A DNA stretch of 64,000 nt, taken from Patescibacteria group bacterium. Its GTDB lineage: Bacteria > Patescibacteriota > Patescibacteriia > UBA9934 > GWF2-40-263. The position numbers were made by a program, and so were the translations under genes. Location: the NCBI GenBank assembly GCA_004297215.1, contig SCUM01000001.1, positions 400 to 64,399 on the forward strand, in the 5' to 3' direction. Below, one piece after another: positions 18,328 to 26,597 of this stretch (its first letter is position 1; every line of letters starts with the position of its first letter). The notes under the pieces were generated by a model that was not told the origin of the DNA, ran no database searches, and saw only the letters and a program-made list of their open reading frames with translations.

Positions 18328-19344
18328 ATGCCCACCAATCCCACGTTTGAAAAGAAGAACATCCTGGTGACCGGCGGGGCCGGGTTCATCGGGAGCCACC
18401 TGTGCGAACGCTTGCTCAAGGACGGCAATCGCGTGGTGTGCATCGACAATTTCGCGACGAGCAGCGTGCGCAACATCGACAACCTGCTCCCGAACCCGGA
18501 TTTCCAGTTCTTGCGCCTGGACGTGAACCAGCCGTTCGACCTCGAGACGTACGCCGAGCTGTCGGCGTTCAAGCTGCCGTTCCAGGGGATCCAGGAGGTG
18601 TATCACCTGGCGTGTCCCACCTCAATCAAGCAGTTCGACAAGTTCCGCATCGACACGCTCCGGTGCAACGGGGTGGGCAACGAGCATGCGCTCGAGCTCG
18701 CCCGCAAGTACAAGGCCAAGGTGCTGCTCACGGGCAGCTCCGTGGTGTACGGCACCCGCCGCGGCGACCGCATCTTCGTGGAAGAGGGCGACACCGGGAC
18801 CATCGACCAGCTTTCCCCGCGCGCCTGCTATGACGAAGGCCGCCGGTTTTCGGAAACGATGTTCTCCACCTACCGCGCCGTGTACGGCCTCGACACGCGC
18901 ATCGCCCGCGTGTTCCGCACGTTCGGCCCGCGCATGCCGCTCAACGACGGCCATCTCATCCCGGATTTCATCATGAGCGCGCTCGAGGGCAAGGACCTGG
19001 TGGTGTACGGGAAAGGGCAGTTCCGCACCTCCTTCGCCTACGTGCTCGACGTGGTGGACGGGCTGGTGCGCCTCATGAACGCGCCCAAGGACCCGGGACC
19101 GGTGAACATCGGCTCCGACGTGGACATGCCCATCATGCAGGTGGCGGAGATGGTGGTGAAGATGACGCGCTCCGCGTCCAAGATCACGCTGGGCGAAGAC
19201 CTGCTGTTCCTCTCGGAGCTCCCGCTGCCGCGCATCAACAAGGCGCGCGAATTGGGCTGGCTCCCACTCATGCGCTTTGAGGACGGCCTCTCGAAGACCG
19301 TCGAATACATGACCGCCAATCGGTTGCTTTTGTCGGCGATGTGA
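18328..19344 (+). CDS. NAD-dependent epimerase/dehydratase, UDP-glucuronate decarboxylase-like
   Basis: TGGAGFIGSHL, YHLACP, PRACYDEG, RVFRTFGPRM. Confidence 0.85.
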   Translation: MPTNPTFEKKNILVTGGAGFIGSHLCERLLKDGNRVVCIDNFATSSVRNIDNLLPNPDFQFLRLDVNQPFDLETYAELSAFKLPFQGIQEVYHLACPTSIKQFDKFRIDTLRCNGVGNEHALELARKYKAKVLLTGSSVVYGTRRGDRIFVEEGDTGTIDQLSPRACYDEGRRFSETMFSTYRAVYGLDTRIARVFRTFGPRMPLNDGHLIPDFIMSALEGKDLVVYGKGQFRTSFAYVLDVVDGLVRLMNAPKDPGPVNIGSDVDMPIMQVAEMVVKMTRSASKITLGEDLLFLSELPLPRINKARELGWLPLMRFEDGLSKTVEYMTANRLLLSAM

Positions 19345-19427
19345 GGTAAAGGAAGGCTGTGCGGCCGCAGGCGACAAGGCCTCAAGGGAACATCCTCATG
19401 CCTTCACGCCTGCGGCCTTCAATGCCT
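19343..19427. repeat. Empty family-A inverted-repeat element
   Basis: ggccgcaggcg (19363-19373) / cgcctgcggcc (19407-19417); core aagggaacatcct. The 3' arm abuts the next ATG. Confidence 0.85.
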
Positions 19428-20108
19428 ATGAAGGTGATCGCGGTCATCCCGGCTTATAATGAAGCGGCTCGTCTCGCCCCGGTGCTTTCACGCGTGAAGG
19501 GGCTTGTCGACGAGGTGGTGGTGGTAGACGACGGATCTTCCGACGACACGTTCGAGGCGGCCAAGACCGCCGGCGTCGTGGCGCTCCGGCATGCCATCAA
19601 TCGCGGACAGGGCGCCGCGCTCAAGACCGGCACGATCTCCGCGCTGTCGCGCGGCGCCGACGTGATCGTGCACGTGGACGGCGACGGCCAGCACGACCCG
19701 GAAGGCATTACGGCGCTCGCGCTCCCCATCGTGCGCGGGGAGGCCGACGTGGTGTACGGCTCGCGATTCCTGGGCATCGCCTCGGAAGGGATGCCCGCGT
19801 CGCGTCGAGCGCTGCTCCTTGCGGGCCGCGTGTTCAGCGCCTTCGCGCTGGGGATCCCGCGCACGTTCACCGATCCGCAGAGCGGGCTGCGCGCCATGAG
19901 TGCCGAGGCGGCGCGGCGCGTGACCTTCACCCAGGACCGCAAGGCGCATTGCTCGGAGCTGCTGCGCGCCGTGTCGCGCTCCGGCCTGCGCGTGATCGAG
20001 GTGCCGACGCGCATCACCTATACGCGAGAGACGCTCGCGAAAGGGAACAAGACCGTCGACGCCTTCCATATCGCCTGGCAGCTGCTGCTCGGAGCATTCC
20101 AAAAGTAA
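19428..20108 (+). CDS. GT2 glycosyltransferase (polyprenol-phosphate sugar synthase-like)
   Basis: VIPAYNE, VVVDDGSSD, NRGQGAA, DGDGQH, GSRF. Confidence 0.88.
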   Translation: MKVIAVIPAYNEAARLAPVLSRVKGLVDEVVVVDDGSSDDTFEAAKTAGVVALRHAINRGQGAALKTGTISALSRGADVIVHVDGDGQHDPEGITALALPIVRGEADVVYGSRFLGIASEGMPASRRALLLAGRVFSAFALGIPRTFTDPQSGLRAMSAEAARRVTFTQDRKAHCSELLRAVSRSGLRVIEVPTRITYTRETLAKGNKTVDAFHIAWQLLLGAFQK

Positions 20109-20117
20109 GACGCGAAT

Positions 20118-20480
20118 ATGCTCGTCATCCAAGTCATCCTTGCCGCGACGCTCCTTGCCGCGCTGGCTCTCACCTGGCGGCGCGCCAGGCAAGGCGCCTT
20201 GAGCCGCCGCGCGGCGATCGTCTGGAGCCTCGTTTGGCTTGGCGCCGCCGTCGTCGTGCTGCGCCCGGAGGTCGCCGACCTGTTCGCGAACGTCGTGGGC
20301 GTGGGTCGCGGGTCGGACGCGGTGCTCTACGTGTCCGTGGTGGCGCTCGCGTACCTCATGTTCCGCCTCTTCCTCCGGTTCGACCGCCTAGAGCGGGATA
20401 TCACGAAATTGGTGAGGAGGATCGCGCTGGATGAGGCGACAAGGCCTCAGGCGGACAAGGCCTCAGGGGAAAATCCTTAA
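20118..20480 (+). CDS. DUF2304-like small membrane protein
   Basis: Three TM segments, GVGRGSD, ERDITKLVRRIAL; usual partner of DPM-like GT2 genes. Confidence 0.75.
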   Translation: MLVIQVILAATLLAALALTWRRARQGALSRRAAIVWSLVWLGAAVVVLRPEVADLFANVVGVGRGSDAVLYVSVVALAYLMFRLFLRFDRLERDITKLVRRIALDEATRPQADKASGENP

Positions 20481-20502
20481 CGCCTTCACGCCTGCGGCCT
20501 TC
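20433..20502. repeat. Empty family-A inverted-repeat element
   Basis: aggcgacaaggcctcaggcggacaaggcctc-aggggaaaatccttaac-gccttcacgcctgcggccttc. It contains the upstream stop and abuts the next ATG. Confidence 0.85.
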
Positions 20503-21606
20503 ATGCCCCCCAAGATCGCCGTCATCTACCTTTCTTACAACAGCCTCCCGTACCTTCCGGAGGTCGTTTCATCCTGGGAGAAGCTCGATTACCCGCGCGA
20601 GGCGCTTGAGATCGTGATCGTGGACAACGCGAGCGCCGACGGGAGCGCACAGTGGATCCGCGACCACGTGCTTCCCAAGTCCAACAGCGTGCTCCCGCGC
20701 GTCACGTTTTTCCCGTCGGGAGTGAACCTGGGGTTCGCGGGAGGGAACAACCTCGGCATCGACCACGCACTGCTCGAAGGCGCCGACTACGCGTATCTGC
20801 AGAACAACGATGCCAAACTCGACTCTGGCTGCATCCGCGAGGCCGTGGCGCTTGCGCAGTCCGACGAGAACATCGGTTCCGTCCAGTCGTTCATGCGCCT
20901 GTGGCAGGATCCCGAAGTGGTGAACTCCACCGGAGGCATGGTGCATTTCCTCGGGTTCGGGTTCGTGCGCGACAACGGCCGTTACGCGAAGGACGTGACG
21001 GCGACGGACCCATCGACTTCGCTCAGGGTAGACGGCGAAGAGATCGCCTACGGCAGCGGCGCGGCCACGCTCTACCGCGCCACGGCGCTCAAGGCCGCCG
21101 GGCTGCTCGACGACCATCTGTTCCTGTATCACGAGGATCTCGAGCTCGGTTGGCGCCTCCGGCTCGCCGGGTTCCGCAACGTCCTGTCGATGAAGTCGGT
21201 GGCGTTCCATAGGTACGAATTCTCGCGCAGCGTGCAGAAGCTCTACTGGATGGAGCGCAATCGTTGGTTGGTCCATCTTTCGCACCTGAAGGCTGCGTCG
21301 CTCGCGCTCATCGCGCCGTTCATGCTCGTTGAGGAGCTGGCGCTCGCGGCGTTCGCGATCCATGGAGGGTGGTTTTCGCAAAAGCTCAAGGCGTGGGGCG
21401 CCGCGTTCGACCCGCGCACCTGGGCCTACGTCTCGCGCAAGCGCAAGGAGTCGCGCACGATCCGCAAGGTCACGGACGCCGAGATCGTGCGCCTGTGGAC
21501 GGGCAGGATCGAGCACCAGGCGACGAGCAACCCGATCGTGGAGAAGGTGGCGAATCCGGTGTTGGATGCAATATGGAGGGTCGTGAGGAAATGCATTGTG
21601 TGGTGA
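20503..21606 (+). CDS. GT2 glycosyltransferase (rhamnosyltransferase-like)
   Basis: VDNASADG, NLGFAGGNN, NND, FLYHEDLELGWRLRLAG. Confidence 0.88.
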   Translation: MPPKIAVIYLSYNSLPYLPEVVSSWEKLDYPREALEIVIVDNASADGSAQWIRDHVLPKSNSVLPRVTFFPSGVNLGFAGGNNLGIDHALLEGADYAYLQNNDAKLDSGCIREAVALAQSDENIGSVQSFMRLWQDPEVVNSTGGMVHFLGFGFVRDNGRYAKDVTATDPSTSLRVDGEEIAYGSGAATLYRATALKAAGLLDDHLFLYHEDLELGWRLRLAGFRNVLSMKSVAFHRYEFSRSVQKLYWMERNRWLVHLSHLKAASLALIAPFMLVEELALAAFAIHGGWFSQKLKAWGAAFDPRTWAYVSRKRKESRTIRKVTDAEIVRLWTGRIEHQATSNPIVEKVANPVLDAIWRVVRKCIVW

Positions 21607-21614
21607 AATAGGGA

Positions 21615-21686
21615 AGAAGGCCTCAGGCGGACAAGGCTTCAGGGGAACATCCTTAACGCCCTTACGCCTGAGGCATTATCGCCTTC
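21615..21686. repeat. Empty family-A inverted-repeat element
   Basis: aaggcctcaggcggacaaggcttc-aggggaacatccttaacgcc-cttacgcctgaggcattatcgccttc. Confidence 0.85.
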
Positions 21687-21690
21687 CAGT

Positions 21691-22815
21691 ATGAAAATCG
21701 CCCAGGTCGTCTCGACGTACCCGCCCTATCGCGGCGGCATGGGGCGCGTCGCCCATGAGTATACCGAGCGTTTGCGCGCCCGGGGCGAGAACGTGCACGT
21801 GTTCACGCCGCGCACGCGCAAGGTGATGAGCGACCCCGAGTACGTGCACCGCGTGCCCTCGCCGCTCACAATCGGCAACGGGAGCGTGATGCCGTCGCTG
21901 TACCAGCGCCTCAAGGGGTTCGACCTGGTGCACCTGCACTACCCGTTCTTCGGCGGGGCCGAGCCGGTGATCGTGCGCAAGGCGATCCGAAGCGACCAGA
22001 AGCTGGTGGTCACCTATCACATGGACGCGGTCGCCGACGGGATCCGCGGCGCCATCTTCCGCGCGCACCGCCGGCTCCTGTTCCCCTGGCTCATCTCCCG
22101 CGCGGACCGCATCCTCGTGTCGAGCCGCGAGTACGCGCTGACCTCCGCGCTCGCCGACGTGCCCGGCTGCCTCGACCGCTTGGAAGTGCATCCGTTCGGG
22201 GTGGATCTCGAGCGGTTTCATCCAGGCGACGAGCCGGAGATGCGCACGCGTCTTGCCCTCGACCCGTCCGTCCCGACGATCCTGTTCGTGGGGGGGCTCG
22301 ACGCCGCGCACCACTTTAAGGGGCTCCCCGTGCTGCTTGCCGCGCTCGAACGCGTGGCCGGCCACCCGTGGACCTGTCTCGTCGTAGGCGACGGCGACCT
22401 GCGGCCGAGCCTGCAAGCCACCGTAGAGGCTGGCGCGCTTGCCGGACGCGTGCGATTCCTCGGGAGCGTGAGCGAGGAAGACCTGCCGCGCATCTACCGC
22501 CTCGCGGACGTCCATGCGTTCCCGTCAACCGAGCGTGCCGAAGCGTTCGGACTCGTCGCGCTCGAGGCATCCGCGAGCGGCGTGCCGACCGTCGCGAGCG
22601 ACCTGCCCGGCGTGCGCACGGTGGTGCTCGACGGGGCTACCGGCCTGCTCGTCCCGCCCGGGGACGCGACAAAACTCGCCGATGCGCTCAAGCTGCTCCT
22701 TGAGCGGACCGACTTGCGCGAGCGCCTGGGAGAAAGCGCCCGCAAGCGCGCCGAGGCCGAATTCGCCTGGGAGCCGCTCATCTCGAGATTGCAGGAAACG
22801 TATAAAAGCTTTTAA
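21691..22815 (+). CDS. GT4 glycosyltransferase
   Basis: YPPYRGGM, EAFGLVALEA. Confidence 0.9.
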   Translation: MKIAQVVSTYPPYRGGMGRVAHEYTERLRARGENVHVFTPRTRKVMSDPEYVHRVPSPLTIGNGSVMPSLYQRLKGFDLVHLHYPFFGGAEPVIVRKAIRSDQKLVVTYHMDAVADGIRGAIFRAHRRLLFPWLISRADRILVSSREYALTSALADVPGCLDRLEVHPFGVDLERFHPGDEPEMRTRLALDPSVPTILFVGGLDAAHHFKGLPVLLAALERVAGHPWTCLVVGDGDLRPSLQATVEAGALAGRVRFLGSVSEEDLPRIYRLADVHAFPSTERAEAFGLVALEASASGVPTVASDLPGVRTVVLDGATGLLVPPGDATKLADALKLLLERTDLRERLGESARKRAEAEFAWEPLISRLQETYKSF

Positions 22816-22816
22816 G

Positions 22817-22901
22817 TAGGCGTAAAGGCCTGAGGCGATAAGGCTTCAGGGGACAAGGCCCCAGCAGCTGAGGCCTTCACGCCTAAGGCCTTCACGCCTT
22901 C
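22817..22901. repeat. Empty family-A inverted-repeat element
   Basis: taggcgtaaaggcctgaggcgataaggcttcag...ctgaggccttcacgcctaaggccttcacgccttc. Confidence 0.85.
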
Positions 22902-22903
22902 AT

Positions 22904-24115
22904 ATGCGCCTCCTCATCATCTCCAACCTCTATCCTCCCATCCAGCGCGGCGGGGCCGAGCAGGTGGCTTCGCGCATCACGAGCGAGCTGTTCGTGCGCG
23001 GCCACGAGGTGAGCGTGCTTTCCACGATGCCGTACGCGGGGATGGGTTCGCTGCGGTCGCGGGTGACGGAAACCGACCTTGAGCCCATCGAGCGCTTCTA
23101 CCCGCTCAACTTCTACCACACGCTCAACGACCACCGGTACCCGGCGCCCGTGCGCGCGGCCTGGCACATGGTGGACCTGTGGAGCCCGATCCCAAGGCGC
23201 GTCACCCTCGACGTGATCCATCGTCGCGCCCCGGAAGCGGTGCTCACGCACAACCTCAAGGGGATCGGGCTTCAGGTCGCCGCCGCGATCCGCGCCTCCG
23301 GCATCCCGCACGTGCACACCCTCCACGACGTGCAGCTTTCGATTCCCAGCGGCCTGCTCATCGCCGGGGAAGAGCGCGGGCCGTTCAACTCCACCCCGCT
23401 GCGCCTCATGTACGAGGCGGCCACGGGCCGGGCCGTGGGCTCGCCGCACGTCGTCATCTCTCCCTCCCGTTTTCTCGCGGACTTCTACCGCGAGCGCGGG
23501 TTCTTCCCCAAGAGCCGCATCGAGGTGATGCCCAATCCGGCGCCGGACATGGGCACGCGCCCGCAGACCACGCGCCAGGAAGGGCCGCTGCGCCTCCTCT
23601 ACGTGGGCCAGCTCGAGCCGCACAAGGGGATCCGGTTCCTGCTCGAGTCGCTCGAAGGGCTCGACATTCCGTTCCACCTGCACGTGGCCGGCGAAGGGTC
23701 GCTCGCGGCGTTCGTGTCGGATCGGGCCAAGCATGACAAGCGGATCACCTACCACGGGTTCGTGTCGCAGGAACCGCTCATGAAGCTGCTCGCGCTGTGC
23801 GACGCGACCCTCGTGCCGAGCCTCTGCTACGAGAATTCGCCCACCGTGATTTACGAATCGCTCGCGGTGGGGACCCCGGTGGTAGCCAGCCGCATCGGCG
23901 GGGTGGGGGAGCTCATCCGCGACGGGGAAAACGGGTTCTTGTACGAACCCGGCCAGGCCACGGGCCTACGCGAAGCCCTCACGCGCATGGCCGCCAAGGT
24001 CGGGGATTTCCGTGCCCGGGAGGGGGAGATCCGAAAGGGGATGGATGACTACGCGTTGCCCAAGTACGTGGATCGGTTGGAAAAGCTGATTGGGGAGGTG
24101 AAGGATGTAGGATGA
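22904..24115 (+). CDS. GT4 glycosyltransferase
   Basis: YPP..RGGAE, YVGQLEPHKG, ENSPTVIYES. Confidence 0.9.
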   Translation: MRLLIISNLYPPIQRGGAEQVASRITSELFVRGHEVSVLSTMPYAGMGSLRSRVTETDLEPIERFYPLNFYHTLNDHRYPAPVRAAWHMVDLWSPIPRRVTLDVIHRRAPEAVLTHNLKGIGLQVAAAIRASGIPHVHTLHDVQLSIPSGLLIAGEERGPFNSTPLRLMYEAATGRAVGSPHVVISPSRFLADFYRERGFFPKSRIEVMPNPAPDMGTRPQTTRQEGPLRLLYVGQLEPHKGIRFLLESLEGLDIPFHLHVAGEGSLAAFVSDRAKHDKRITYHGFVSQEPLMKLLALCDATLVPSLCYENSPTVIYESLAVGTPVVASRIGGVGELIRDGENGFLYEPGQATGLREALTRMAAKVGDFRAREGEIRKGMDDYALPKYVDRLEKLIGEVKDVG

Positions 24116-24204
24116 AGGATGTAGGATGAATGAGGACTCATGAAAGAAACGTCCGGAAACGGGCGCTTTTTATATCCTACATACTTCATTCTTCATCCTA
24201 CATT
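24100..24204. repeat. Family-B inverted-repeat element with an internal terminator-like hairpin
   Basis: gaaggatgtaggatgaaggatgtaggatgaa ... atcctacatacttcattcttcatcctacatt; inner cgtccg gaaa cgggcg followed by a T-run. Confidence 0.85.
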
Positions 24205-24239
24205 CCGCTCACCTTAGCCAAATATTCATTCCCTCCCTC

Positions 24240-24268
24240 TTGACAAAACCCCCAAAATATGGTATTTT
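24240..24268 (+). promoter_or_regulatory. Sigma70-type promoter
   Basis: TTGACA at 24240-24245, 17-bp spacer, TG-g-TATTTT. Confidence 0.6.
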
Positions 24269-24353
24269 CTGTCCACGCTAAAGCACCGTCGGTGCCTAAC
24301 GCGTACAACCAGTAGCCTCCTCGTGGGGTTATTTTCTAGAAAGAGAGGTTCGC

Positions 24354-25034
24354 TTGAACGCTCAAAACCAACAGATTGCGACCAAGGCCGAGACCAAGCC
24401 CGGCCGCGTCCGGGTCGACGTCCTGGTGAAGATCAACGTCACCAAGGACGAGATCGCCCGGCTCCTCGCGGCATCGTCCGACAAGCAGACGGGCCTCTAC
24501 TGCGACGAGAAGGGCCGCCGCGACCTCATCCTCCTCAACGACCGTCACGCCGAGGAGGCGAAGGCGGTCGGGCTCGAGCCGACGCGCTACGAGCAGGACC
24601 TCATCGAGGGCGGCCGTGACGGGAAGGGGGCGGTGAAGAGGGCGGACAGCGGCGTGAAGGTTTTCGGACAGGATGGCCTGTCCCTCGCCCGCATCGACGC
24701 GTACGTCGCCGACCTCAAGGCGGCGGGCGCCAAGCTGGTGGAGGCGCACATCCAGCGCAAGAAGATCAACAACCCCCAGCAGCGGGGCGTGCTGATCCTC
24801 GGCTACATCAGCGGCAACGCCATCCCCGGAAAGGAGCTCACCGCCGAGCTGCTCGGGGCGGTCGACGCGATGATGAAGCGCACCTACGGCGCGATCCACG
24901 TGTGGAAGAACCCGCCGGGGTCCGCCCACACGGTCAACTGCACCGACGTGGTGGGACGCGACTCGCGCGACGATCGCCGCGCGAAGAACGCGCTGCGCTT
25001 CATCGGCGGCGAGTTCACGAACGAGCGCGCCTAG
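24354..25034 (+). CDS. Hypothetical soluble protein
   Basis: TTG start after AGAGAGG, typical codon bias, own promoter and terminator. No family recognised. Confidence 0.75.
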   Translation: MNAQNQQIATKAETKPGRVRVDVLVKINVTKDEIARLLAASSDKQTGLYCDEKGRRDLILLNDRHAEEAKAVGLEPTRYEQDLIEGGRDGKGAVKRADSGVKVFGQDGLSLARIDAYVADLKAAGAKLVEAHIQRKKINNPQQRGVLILGYISGNAIPGKELTAELLGAVDAMMKRTYGAIHVWKNPPGSAHTVNCTDVVGRDSRDDRRAKNALRFIGGEFTNERA

Positions 25035-25041
25035 CGCAATC

Positions 25042-25121
25042 GCGGCGTCCCGATCACACGGGATGCCGCCACGACATCAAGCCCCGCTTGAGCAACACTT
25101 GCTCGCGGGGTGTTGTTTTTT
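25042..25121. terminator. Double hairpin between convergent genes
   Basis: gcggcgtcccg...cgggatgccgc and ccccgc...gcgggg followed by a T-run. Confidence 0.65.
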
Positions 25122-26541
25122 ATTCACCAGCGTCCGCTTCCGTCTTCGCCGCCTGGCGGATGAATTCCCCGAGCCGCGCCTTTGCCTCCTCCACCGATCC
25201 GGTGCCGAGGAGCTTTTTCGTATCCACTTCCGTCGTGGTCACCCACTCCGGCGTCCCTTGTGCCACGTCGAACAGGAACATGAGCACCGTCGTCGCATAC
25301 GCCCCTTTCGGCAGGTCGAACGAGATGGCCACGCCCTCGGGGACGCAACGGAAGCCGTGCATCGTCGGTTTGATGCGGGAGGGGATGGACGGGTTGGCGC
25401 CGATGTTCACGAACTTGTCGAACCCTGATTGCCGGAGATGCGATTGGAACTGGCCGGTGCCATGCGCGTCGGTGAGCGTCTTGTAGAACGCTCGGTCGGC
25501 TTCGCGCTGCGAGAGGAGCAGGGGAATGGTGTCGGGCAGGGTATCACCCGAGATCTCGGCTTCCGAAAGGATGAGGTTCGTGAGGAAGCTCGCATAGGCG
25601 CGCACCCACATGTCGGTTTGCTGCGAGACGGCGGCAAGAGCCTTCGTGTACATGTCCGCGCTGCCGCGCTCAAGCTCGGCCAGCATCTGGGTCTCGTGCC
25701 GCAAGGCGTATGGGAGGTCGGTGACGAGCGCGCGAACCGCTTTCCAATCGCCCCATGCCTCCGCGATCCGCTTGCGGCGCTGTGCGAAATACGGGATCTC
25801 GAATGCGCTCGGCGCCGCGAACACCGCCTTCACCGCTTGCTCGTACTCGCCGCGCATGACGTGCATGCCATACATGTGCGACAGGTAGCGCGGCGTGCCG
25901 AACCGCTGCGCGCCATAGTAGTTTGGGACGCCGTTCGCCTTCACCGCTTCCACCAGTTCCGTCATGCGCGCCTCATCGGGCGCTCCGTCCGTACGAATGA
26001 ACAGGGTGAACCGGTTGCCTTTCAATCCGCCGATCGCCACGGCGCCTTTGCCTTCGCCGACTCGGGTCAGGACCAAGTTCGGGATCGAAAGCGCCTTCAC
26101 CGCGTCGACCGTGGTTTGTCGGAAGCTGATGGTCTGCGCCGTGAGCGCGACGGCATCCTTGATGCCGGCGTACCCGATGTGCTTGCGGTCGAGCTTGAGC
26201 GCGGTGGCAAGGCGTCCGGCAGCGTCGATCGTCGAGATCCCGACCTTTACCAAGTCGGCATAGACCGTCCCAACGCCATCCATGAGCGGCTTGCACGCGC
26301 CGGAAAGGTCCGCAGTGGACAGCATGCCGTCGGAGCGCATTTCCTCCACGATGAAATCGAGCGGGGACGATTTCACGCATCCTTTAGGCATGCCCGTCGG
26401 CGTAGAAAGGATTCCCACGCGCTTGTTCACCTCATCGTTCGCGAGATCGGGACGGACGAACAGTTCGGGAACGCGTTCGCGTTCTTTCGTGAGAAAGGCC
26501 TGTTCGCGTTCCCAGAGGGAGTGGTCGGAGGAGGAGGGCAT
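25120..26541 (-). CDS. truD: tRNA pseudouridine(13) synthase TruD
   Basis: DFIVEE, YAGIKDAVALTAQ (catalytic Asp), GNRF, PNYYGAQRFG, LPKGAYAT. Confidence 0.93.
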   Translation of the reverse strand: MPSSSDHSLWEREQAFLTKERERVPELFVRPDLANDEVNKRVGILSTPTGMPKGCVKSSPLDFIVEEMRSDGMLSTADLSGACKPLMDGVGTVYADLVKVGISTIDAAGRLATALKLDRKHIGYAGIKDAVALTAQTISFRQTTVDAVKALSIPNLVLTRVGEGKGAVAIGGLKGNRFTLFIRTDGAPDEARMTELVEAVKANGVPNYYGAQRFGTPRYLSHMYGMHVMRGEYEQAVKAVFAAPSAFEIPYFAQRRKRIAEAWGDWKAVRALVTDLPYALRHETQMLAELERGSADMYTKALAAVSQQTDMWVRAYASFLTNLILSEAEISGDTLPDTIPLLLSQREADRAFYKTLTDAHGTGQFQSHLRQSGFDKFVNIGANPSIPSRIKPTMHGFRCVPEGVAISFDLPKGAYATTVLMFLFDVAQGTPEWVTTTEVDTKKLLGTGSVEEAKARLGEFIRQAAKTEADAGE

Positions 26542-26597
26542 AGAGGGGGGGGGTGGTATTTGGGAGTCGGGAGATGGTATGCGCTGACGGCTAACGG

